Below the pieces are notes generated by a model. It did no database searches. It worked only from the letters and a program-made list of their open reading frames with translations, and was not told the DNA's origin. The translations under genes and the position numbers were made by a program. Of a stretch of 64,000 bases of DNA, positions 39,101-51,100 are shown piece after piece. Position 1 is the first letter of the stretch; every line of letters begins with the position of its first letter. Source of the DNA: Enoplolaimus lenunculus (Eukaryota); contig JASANG010003582.1 of NCBI GenBank assembly GCA_030248215.1, positions 248,001 through 312,000 on the forward strand, read 5' to 3'.

Positions 39101-42100
39101 TGAGTCGAATTTGACTCTGGCGGAGTCGAATTTTGACTCAGTTTGTGTAGTCCGGAAAAGCCTATTTCGGAGAGTGTCAATTTGACTCACCATTTTTTGC
39201 AGTGTACCTTTGGGAGTTAAATATTATCTAATTGGAGGGGGAAATTTTATTTGATACCCTTTGTTGGAGCTTTACACTGGAATCTTAGAAACAACTTTGA
39301 TACATTTAAGGAAGAATATAATCGATATATATAAAATTAAAAAAATAGCAAACTTTTAGCCCACTTATTATGTTTTAGAAAGAAATTGCCAAAAATGAAT
39401 GTGTTGAAGCAATGGAAAAGGTCGAACATAGGAAAAAAGAATTGCTAAATGCTAAGGTAGTGGTCAAAAGACACAAATGAATTGTTTGGCCCGTGTTACT
39501 TTAAGGGGCGTCCAGGTTTCTTGGAGGGTCTATAAAAGAGTAGGTTTAGATTCTAGATTTCGCCCATGTTACATTAAGGGGCGTCCAGGTTTCTTGGAGG
39601 GTCTATAAAAGAGTAGGTTTAGATCTAGATTTCGCCCATGTTACATTAAGGGGCGTCCAGGCTTCTTGGAGGGTCTATAAAGGAGTAGGTTTAGATCTAG
39701 ATTTCGCCCATGTTACATTTAGGGGCGTCCAGGTTTCTGGTGGGTGTATAAAACAGTAGGTTTAGATTCTACATTACATTTTTTGCTTACGATTAGGCTT
39801 AGACTTAGGCTTAGGTTGAGAAATTCATTTTTACAACTTTTAGGTTTAGGCTTACGCTTAGGAATACGCTGAATCTGCAGTTACGCCCCTTAAAGTAACA
39901 TTGGCCAATTGTTTTATAAGTTTTAACAATATTTTAGTTATAATATCATCCTTTCTAACGTCAAGCCAGAAAACTTGCGCATGAGTTTTCGCATAGGTGG
40001 CTTTGTTAGCAAACTTAATAGTCACAAGAAACCCAATTTCAAACCAGTAAAAATGTCACAAATTGTAAAAACATTTTAACAAAATTCATGGTTTGAAATT
40101 AAATCACGCTCTTGTACGCAGGTCTCTAATATTGTGCCGACCAGAACCAGACGCGGCGGATCCAGGAGCGGTTGGGGAATGTATTCCTTCACCAGAACTG
40201 CTGTGCTGAGCGGAAAATTCTGGAATGCAAGCAGTTTATTTGACAATAGGTTTTCTAGTCCAATAGATGAAAACAATGGCGAGGTTATAACAGGAACTGA
40301 AAATTTTTTGCACCTTCGGCGCAACTATTCAAACTTATTTCTTCCCCATGGAAAATCATGGATCAGTCACCAGTCATCAGATTAACCAGAGTATAACAAA
40401 AACTCTTGCACGTGCAAAGCCGATTGACAGATCGGCCGTCACATTGATTTTGTGGCCCTCACTCCCGCGGCCCGACACTATTTGGGGGCCTCACTGGATT
40501 TATTGAGGGCGTCGGTGTACCGCACTCTGGGAGCTCGCATAGCGTCGCTTCAGCCCGGATGAATTCGCAAGTGATTAAAATTTTGACCACCTATGCTTTG
40601 TATAACAAATTGTTGTCAAACCAAGTCAGTTCACTTCCGAACAATAATTTAGGCTCAAGTGATCGAGGAGTGTCGCGATCTTATCTTTCAAGCCGAGAAA
40701 ACTACAAGAGCTCGCACGACTACATATTTTCAAACAATGGCAACTCTTGTCTCCCCCATACCTGCACAAGTAAGCCATTTTATCGAATAAGTTACATATT
40801 TTATTTTATTATAAATATATAATATATACTATATTATATATACGTATATATTTATTTATAAATTTATTTATATGTAATGATAATCTAGCATTCTACTCTT
40901 CAATACCCAGCAGTGGTAAAAATTCGAATTTTTCACTGATCAAATCGTAGTAGCAAATCGCACCAAAACAGCTGAATCGGATTGGGTTTATGTGTTGTAA
41001 CTCTTGGAATTTTCATTTTTATACAATTATAACCAATATGTGAGCGGAAAATAAAATATCAGCCGTGTGTGGAATGTGGGTGATCTTTATAGCTTACGCA
41101 TGCTTGAATAATTATATGCTAATCAAGCAAGTGCTATAGCTCCAGGTTTGAGTACGTATAGACAAACACGTAGTGAAAACTTTTTGAAAGCTTAAATTAA
41201 TATTCGGAGATTATGATTAATTTTAATATTGCAATTTAATTTATAAAAAATTGTTTGAGAGAAAGCAAGTAGCTGCAACGCTGAAATCACCAAACTATGC
41301 GACAATTCATTAGCTCTTGTACACTTATTCTCGCAGTTGTGGAATTTTTCAAATATTTGCATAGTTTTATTGTCAGGTTTAAAATTAGGTTAAGCAGTAA
41401 AGATTTAAACTTTAGGCGAGGGAGTACACAAGAGCTAATTTAATTTATATATATTTGAAAAAAGTTGTGTCAAATTTTTTTAGTTAGAAGATTTACGAGA
41501 CTCGGCAAGAAGTTACAATGCCGGCTCAGAGTACATAAACTTCGTTAAACAACTACCGGTTCAAAATCGACCAAACGACGGGATGTATTTGTAAGTTTCG
41601 TTCAAATTTGAATTTAAAAATTTTAATAGTTGTTTCGCAATGCAGGGTTCACGTTATGGTTTCTAACACCAGAATTTTTATATTTGCTGACCGCAGCGAA
41701 AGATATTTATTAGAAGCCATTGAGCCCAAATGTCGGAGGTGGAACGTTTTCCGGCGGGACTGCAATAGAATAAGCTTAAGTTTTAGACTATTTTTTGCTT
41801 AGGCAAGCTTTGGCTTAGGTATAAGCTTATGCTTACGATTAGGTTGAGGCTTAGGCTTAGACTTAGACTTATGAACATACTTATACCACCCTATCGGCCC
41901 TATTCTAATTATTGGCCCCATTGGTTTGCGTGAAGTCTAGTTTTGTATCGAACGCAAGTTTTGCGTTCTGAAGTGGTTTTGAATGAAAGTCATTTTAATA
42001 ATGTATACGTCGTACGCATTTGCTACTCTAAGCAAATATCAATTCAGCATAGCCAGAAAATAAATTGCGTCATTATCAGTAAAGTTGAACCAACCAACAC

Positions 42101-45100
42101 CGATTGGATGTCAGTCGCGGGTTTGATCATATTGTTAAACTTTATTACACAGTCAAATTGGCCAAGGCGAATTAGTAGTGGCAAAGTATAGCAGTTTGGC
42201 CTACGATATATTAAGCCCTATTCACACGTGCAAGTTTTTGCTGCGCGAACTTGCAGCTACAACTTGCACTTGCAACTCTTGTCCAAAATCCTGTTCAAAA
42301 AACTAGCAGCTGAAACTAATTCATTAAAAATCACAGCTATGAATTTAGTTCACATGTGTGAATAACCATGAAGAATCAATGAACGTATTGCAGCCGCTTT
42401 CTTATTGGCTGATCAAAAAAATGCAAGTTCTGCGTGCAATTTGCAGATGCGACTTCTCGCAGCAAAAATTTGTACGTGTGAATAGGGCTTAACAGAATCT
42501 GTTTGCAAAACATTAATAAGGCTCTTATACAAATATGCAGCAAATTAACTAAAAATTTGAAATGAAACGTAAAGAACGCTTGAGCTTAGAAAACGTATTA
42601 TTAAATATCTTCAAGCATACTTGTTGTATAGTATGTTTTTTAGAAACAGTCAGAATTCAGTAGCTGAAGACTTGATAACTGCATTCAACGAAGAAAATCA
42701 GTTTTATGGTAATACGTACAGTAATGTTTCCCAGGCGTATTAAAAATAAATTAAATTTCGGGTGGGAAATGCAAAAGTTTAACAAAACGAGCATTGCGAG
42801 TGAGAAAAATTTTTACCCTCCTATGATACAGAAGGTTACTCGAAGCAGGCAAGGAACCGGCCCGGTTTGTTAGGGCCTGGACCCGGCCCAAGCCCATCAC
42901 CGTCGGCCTCATTTTTTGAGCACAAAGTATGAGGTCAACAAAATTTACTGGAGCCGGAGGTGAACCCAGAGGTGAGGCGAAATCACGTAGTTAAAGGACG
43001 TTTAATTTGTTAATGTTAGCAAATTTCTGTAATGTGTTGTTAAATCGTTTGGTTTTACGCTTAATATTTTTTACAAAACATCAGCAATTTTTTCCCAGAT
43101 AAAATTTTGTAAACTGTGCACAATTTCACTACCAAAATTGTCGGAACCTGCGACAAAAATTTTGCCGGACCGGAGCCGGACCTAAACTTTCAGCTTACGT
43201 TTGAGATAAAAAATTTAACACCGACAGAAATTAATCCCCTGATTTTTGCCCTATTACCACGAGATGATCCAATCCGATCCGTCCCGTTCCACGGACCCGC
43301 CCATTCTATTTCCCTCTGTGATGCTGTCCACCTTGAATCCAATTTACCCGAGCATGATTTCGCAGTAAACTCACATAAGTTTGAAATATCACGGCTTGTT
43401 TAACTTATCATAGATGCATTATGATTGCCTCAGTTTAACAATGTTTTCAGAAACAAACCACACCTTGTATAACATCTTATAGCTATGTATCAGCGTTTAC
43501 TAAACATCCAGTGATTATTTTTCGAGTAAACTTTAAACCCTTTTCCACTGGAATCATCGTTTTATAAAAGTTTTAGGCCAAGCTCCAAGCATAAATGGCT
43601 CAACGCTTACGTTGGACGAAGCTGCGAAATATAAAAGTGCGAGCAATTTGCAACACTTTTCAACAAGCACCGCAACTATTAATGGTTCAATTGACTCAGT
43701 CATTGAAGATCAGAATGGCGGCAGCGTGGCGTTACAACGAAACTATTCTGCGGAAACTTGTGCTGGCAATGATGAACGACAATCGCCGTTACCGTTTGGA
43801 CGAAGTAAGCTTACGTCCGCAACCGGATCGGAAACGGACGTCTTTCCTCATCGAGGCAAAAATTTATCTACGCCAATCTATGGTGCGTAAATTTTGTCTG
43901 CTCTCTCTCTAAAAGTCTTTCAATATTTACGATCTACGAACGATTCCCGGTCTGGTTACGTGGCTGATTTTCGTCTATGGAATAGATTTTTTTATAATTA
44001 TCTGATTTTCCGAAAGACCACAAGAAGAACCTAAACCAAATATGAAGGCAATTGTCATTTGTTGAATGGTAGAGCTTCAACTTATGCCTATAAACTTTGG
44101 CGTTGTTACTTTTGCGGATTTGGTTTGCGTCCTGGTTGGTTCCAACCAAAACGAACAGTTTCTATGATATAAAACCATAGTTGTTCTGAGGACGATAAAG
44201 TGTGACGTCAGTGCCGGATGATTAACGCAAACAATGCCCGTGTTTCGGGCTAACAAGCAATCCACAGCATTTCTGGCAGGCCGCAAATCATTTTAAAACT
44301 GGTTAAGTAAAATTAAGCCGCCCTTAATATAGTTTGTCGGTTTATTTATAATTTTTTGTGTCATTGTTAACCCCTTCTCACATTGAGTTGCCTGTAGGCA
44401 ACTGAGCGCAGTGTATATACGTTAAATAGTATATATCGCACCGTGTTTAACAATTGCAACACGTATACATAGTACTAAATCACCACAAGACGTGAGAGCC
44501 CCCTCGGGCTCGAGCGTCAAGCTCCTATAGCTGAGTGGTGATGGTATACGCCTCCCACTCCAGTCGCTGGAGTTCGAATCCTAGCATAAAAGTAGGTCTC
44601 ACGGGAAATAGAAAATATTCATGTGAGAAAGGGTTAAGGCACCATTTGTTACCTCTAAGATTAAAAAATGTATTTCTTTACAATAAAATATTAATTTAAC
44701 CTGTAGTTTAAGTCTTATTAAACATGTTATCGAAATCCAGTATCGTATAACATTATGTTTGGAGGGGCACCGAAGAGCAGCCCTTACAATTGCAACTCAA
44801 GATTGTTTACTTTTAGACCGATCCAATTTGGGGGACACCAGCCAAGTTTGGGGGCACGCCCCCCCTCCCCAATGCGCCCGGTGGGACACCCGTGGTATAT
44901 AACACCATCAAAGGCGAGTGTATTTTTTAGTACACTTTTCCACTTATTTTGTGTTTACATTTCATTGTTTTCATTTGAGTAATGTTATTTTAGTGGGACA
45001 TCGAAGCATTCGCCGGCCACGCCAAACCCTTCACAATCCAGCGTTACTGAGTCATCATTTGCAAAAAATTCATGTTCCAACGAAATGTGCTCAATGTAAC

Positions 45101-48100
45101 GCGTATACATTCTTTCAGACACTACAATGTGTCAAAGTACGTGATTAAACTATTTACAATATACACTATTTAGGCCTTTTACAGGCGTGGACCGTGTAAA
45201 GATCAGGGACAAATCGTATTTCTGTGGGACTGCAAGCAATAGAGTAAGCTTAAGCTTTGCACGACTCTTTTCGCTTAGGCTTAGGCTAACGTGTAAGCCC
45301 GTTCTTACGCTTAGGCTTAGGCTTCAGCTTAACCTTATTAATATAATACTGTTACGGCCTTGTTCTATACATTGGTCCAGGTGCGTAGCAAGAGGGTGTT
45401 TCTAGGGAAGGGCGCCTGGACTTAATGTAACGTGCAAAAAGTGTTTTGCTGTCGTTGCAACGAAATTTACTACTAAATTACATTTGGATGCTACCTTGCT
45501 TCGCTTGCAAACTTTTCTTCACAGATTACGTTTTTACGCACCTTAGCCTCAAAGTAATACGCCGTTCACAATAGTTTTGTCAACGGTGCCACAAAACATG
45601 CTATAGCCCAGGGCTATCACTAGGTTATCTTCAAAACGAGCACGTGATAGCCCTGTGCTATAATTGAGAAGAAACACGATTTTTGTCATATTTTAATGCA
45701 GGTTCTACCCTTTCTTTGAAATTATTAGATCCTACCAATAGGGGAGTATGGCGGGTGGCTGCTCCGGCCCTAGCTAGGCGAAAGTTATCATGCCCTATGT
45801 TGCCTATAGTTTATGCCGTGAAAATATATATGTACTGTAGTGACCCGAATAAGAGGAGACTGTTATTTCTTTCGCCTCTCCAGAGGTTACCCCCCTTGTT
45901 ATTCGGTTACGGACTGTTATTTATTTTTAACCCACGCTTCGCCGCCCTTCGTTACTGATATATATCCGGTACTGCAATTATCCGTTGAATTAAACGTTTA
46001 TTTGTCTTGTGTCAATAGTTTGAGCGATAATACAAGGTTATACTTAGGAATGTACTTTCAAAATTTAAGTACGCTTTAAAGTTTCGAACTCACGTTATTT
46101 GGTCCTGGAGTCATTATCCGCTTACGGACTCTTATTAGGGATACGGATTTCAATTGATTCGGACTAAAAAGGCAAACCCCCTCTTATTACCCCTCCCTCT
46201 TATTCGGGTCAATACAGTAAACAGAAAGAGGCACGCTTTTTAAAACCTTCAACACTGTAGGCCTACACCATTAATACGTCTGCAAAAATACAACTATGCA
46301 TATGTGCGAGGATAATCACCGGTTATACGAAAGAGTTCACACCCGTATGCCGAATTTTTTTCTCCTTCAAGGAATTCCATTGGTTCTGTATACCCTTTGC
46401 CGCCACAAGAGTTCTACTCGTCTGCTTACTTACCAATTTCATGCTTCTGGATCCGAGTCAATAATCCGAGTGAATATCACTTAAAAACTGTGTATAACAA
46501 TGACTGATTTATTATATGTACAAAGACTACCCTCACAGTGCCGTAGCCAGTTCACCTTGCTAGGAGGACTAATCATTGTTTTGGAATGACATACGAGTTT
46601 TCGATGACGTACATCCAAGGTTGAAAATTTCCTATGAATATAGGGCAAAATTCTCGCAGGAGTACTGCGCCCTCCTGTCAACACTCCTGGCTACGGGCCC
46701 GAAACTGTAGTCTTTCAAACTATTTCAGTGCAGTCTTTCGTGGCACAAAGTTTGTCTCGCATCAGTAAGCGACTTTTGTACGGGTACCACAACTTTGTCA
46801 GAATCTCAGGACGAGAGTAATACGGACACTTCACTATCGAGCCCTGATTACATCGTTTCTCGTCGATGTTCAATTATATCAGCAATGTCAAAAATGAGAA
46901 TTTTTGGTGTTCCACTTGACGAACAATTTCGCCAATACAACACGGCAGATGGAAAATGTTCAGTTTCCAGTGACAATGTGTCCGATTTTAGCGGTGTTGC
47001 ACTTGACGATATGACAGATAACAACAGCTGTGTTCCTTATATTGTTCGCGCTTGTATTGCTGAACTGGATCGATCCGGAATGAAAACTAAGGTATAACAA
47101 AGTGCACACAAAATTAAATTGTCTTAAAATTTCAATACTCTTACTTTCTTCAATTTTCAATGCATAAAGGTCTTCTATTTCAGACATTATTAGCTTTAAA
47201 TAGCTCAGAAATTTGTTTCTTAAATGGTTAAAACAGAATTGTCTTATATTCAAGAATTTGCTGTTGCCAATTAATAAGACACAGATTTCATTCTTTCAAT
47301 AAAAAGTTGTCTTATGATCAATGAAAGTTAAAAATTTTAGCAACACAAAGCAGTTAGCAGATTACTGTTAGAACAAGCACAAATTTAACACTATTCTTGT
47401 TTGCATAATTCAGTTTGATTATCAGTTTCGACAAAATTTGCTGACCTCTAGTAAATTAATTTTTTGTGATAAAATGATAAGGTTTATACCTTACAATTGT
47501 GCCCCTCAGACAATTTGTTATACAAAAATACAATATTTACCCTCACAAATTTTTTGTGACAAAACCTTACAATTTTTTCACTCAGAAAATTTTTTGATGA
47601 TAAAATAATACGTCAGCCCGCCTTCTCACCGTCAGATTTTTTTTGGATCCACCTCTGAAAGCTCATATTCTGACTTACATGAGCACACTTAAGTTAAAAA
47701 AAGTTTAATGTTTTACCTGAAAACAAGTGTTTAATATTAATTTTAAGCTTGAAATTATGTAATGTTTACCTTCTAGGGTTTGTATCGTGTTTGTGGCGTC
47801 AAACGTCAGATTGAGCATCTTTGCGAAAACTTTGAACGCAGCAAAGCTGTGGAGCTGGAACACGTGCCACCAGCGATTATTGCATCAGTCTTGAAACTCT
47901 ACTTCAGACAGGTTGTTTGTCTAAAAAGGCAATTAGACTCAGTTAATTTTTGAAAAAAACACCAAATACAGCGTATATCCGCTGAATCCAAGTCGATACT
48001 TTAAAATTAATATTAACCAAGTACCAAAACTAAGTACCAAACGAAAAGACTTGCCAGCATAAAATAAATTTAGAACATACTAACATCACTCTGCTACGGT

Positions 48101-51100
48101 GTTCACTGATATAAATCGTCCTGAAACATTGACAGTTACAACAATATCAACACGAAATCAAGTTTCAATTACTGCCGAATATTGAGGTTTTTAATTTTTA
48201 GAAATTTGCCAAAATTCACCAATTTATAGAGCAAAACAATGGTAAAGAACAGGGGCGGAACATTGTTACAAGCATATTCCTAAGCCTAAGCCTAAGCCTA
48301 AGCAAAGCGAAAAAATAGTGTAAAGCTTAAGCTTACTCTTTTCTAGTCCCACCGAAAAACGTTCCGCGCCTGATCTTTATATTGGCCGATCAAGCAAACG
48401 TTTGCTGCTACGTTTCCGTGTATTACAATGCATTATCTCGGGAAAGGGTTACTACTTGGTTCTTAGCTTTTTGCTTGTAAAACACAGATATTTGTATCAA
48501 TTACTTCAGCTTCCTGAACCACTACTAACATTCGATCTGTATCAACCGTTGATTGCATTAATGCGGGTAACAATAGAAATTATATATTTTATCTGTTCCT
48601 CCTACAAAATCGCATTAATGATAATTAAGCACTAAAATACAACTCTAAGGGTTGTGCTATACTCACCGGGTGCCACCGGACGACGCCGCGTGGCACCGCA
48701 CGCTGCCGGACGTCGATGCGCCGTACGCTGAAAAGCTTTCTGCACGCCGTCGGCGTCCGGCTCGATAAAGTATAGCGCAACCCTACGACTTAAAATACTT
48801 TGCGCAATCTATTAATGCATCAATCTCAACTCACAGTAGTGTCGAGTTATAAGCTGAATGGTTAGATTGTAAACAAGCTAGCGAATATTGTTTTACTTAA
48901 CCGATTGAAAGGTGTGCAATTTTACTCGTGTGGGTGCGTTAAACAGGACTGCATAAATACTAAATTTTATACTGGCGTTAAGTAGGGTTGATTTTGTCTA
49001 TTAAGAATAAACTAGTGAACAGCTTAAAGGCGCAGACTTTTACGGAGTTGTAGAAATATTATACTTGAACAAAATGTTTATTTACCGTAGTTTCGTCACA
49101 ATTTTTAGCTGTCTTTGCTACTCATGCTATAACTGGTAGGGTGGTTCCGGCTCCGGTACAAAAGTGACCCTCGATTTTGTGTACAGTGAAACTTTTTACA
49201 GCGGCTTTGGCAATTTCTTTAGAAATAATAAAATTTCAATGGAAATAGCGTTATTTGGTGATCTTGTTTGCGACTTTGATGTGATTCTTCAAGTTACATA
49301 GATTTCTCATAAAAGTAAGCAAAAAATTTTGACAACATTTTATACATAATTGCTAAAATTAGGCAAATTTTGACATTTTATTTCAACTGTTCGTTTTTGC
49401 CTCATTTCCGGCTCCGGCTTAATTTTGGCAATCTCCGACTGTGGCTTGGTTTTTAATACCACCGGTACCGGTTGCACTCGATCGCTCCGATTTGTGGTTG
49501 ATGAGGTAGGTTTAATGGAAACGATGTGGTTATGGTTATCGTATTTAAGGAAATGTCTTTTGGCTCCAGTATCGAAGAAGAAGCAAACAACGCAATGCGG
49601 ATTGCAAGCGTCGCTGAACTAAAACAGAACATTAAAAAACTTCCGATTGTTTATTATGAAACACTGAAAATGCTAATACTTCACCTAAAACGGTAAATTT
49701 CAGTTTTCGCATGTAAACTACAAAATACTCAAAAAAGAACGTAAATGCATTTTCTCACAGTATTTGCAGTATAATCAGGCTCGTATCCAGAGGGGACAGG
49801 TGGCTCTGCGATCCCCGCAAAAAACATTGGCTCTCTTTGGAAAATTTTCAACCTTGCTTGTGAGTAATCGCCTTGTTCGCAGCGAAGACTGCAAAGAACA
49901 AACGTATCGGAGTAATCATTTGGCAAATGATTTTCTGGGCTGCGATACTGTTGCAAGATAACCCACGGTACCCACGGATAAACGCAATCTGGGTAAAAAT
50001 CATTACCCGCTTACAGCTCTTGGTCGCTTATATGTTTTTCATATCCTATAGCATTGTTTTCAGGCTTACATGGTTCGAAGCTGACAATCAAATGAACTCT
50101 TGCAATCTCGGAATAGTATTTGGACCAAATTTGCTATGGAGCAGGTAAAATAATCGTCATTTCATATTGCCATTTTTACATTAACTACTGTGTAATGCGG
50201 CGTTCACGTTATAACTGGGGCAGCTTGGAACACGTTTTGTCCAAGTTGATTCGACGTCAACATAAATTTTGTGATCCGAATAGCGGATATGTAGACAAAA
50301 TGTGAATGTCATATGACATTGGCTTACAAATCACTAATGTCAAGCGATCATCGTATACAAATAACCATTTGTCATATGATACTGCGGGACATTTATGCGA
50401 ATATCATATGATATTCCAAAATTCTACTAAATATCATATGATATTTATACAGGACAATGGAATTTGTGCACGCTAAATAAAACAGTAAAAAGTCGGATAA
50501 TGCAGCATTAAATGATTTCGCAAGTCGAATTAGCTTCTACGATTCTGTTTCTCGCTAAGTTTTTCCCAAAATATATTCCTAAGTACAAATAATTCAAATT
50601 TGAAATTTTAGTATCATATGACATTCTACAGGACAATCAAGCTAGTTTACCACAACTTTGCAGACATTTTCAAACATATCATATGATACTCGCAGACAAT
50701 ATTTGGAATATCATATGATATTGCAGTACAAACAGTAGATGTCACATCAGGATAGCAGACAATTCAAATTTTTTGAATCTCATAGCTGATAAACGGTCAG
50801 ACAAAATGTTACCAGCTATAGTCATAGGGACAAAACGTGTTCCAGTCTGCCCCAGTTATAACGTCAACCCCGCATAAGTGTGTAAGTCAAGCGACAAAAA
50901 CCTTATTAACTTATATATGTTTGCTGAATAAGCCAATGAAGGATGCGTCCAGCTGTAAAAATGGGAAGAAAGCATTTAGCTTGTAAATACACAAAGTTGA
51001 CACATTTTGATCTGTGAAACGGAATTGTTTTCAGGGAAGAAGTCGATATTGGCCCGAGTATGAGCAGCTTATTGGAGTCGCCAATGCAAAACAAAGTGGT

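Noticed and set aside
44515..44590. Bona fide tRNA gene
   Set aside because: A/B-box-like motifs are present, but there is no convincing acceptor or anticodon stem, and it sits inside a multi-copy TIR element.
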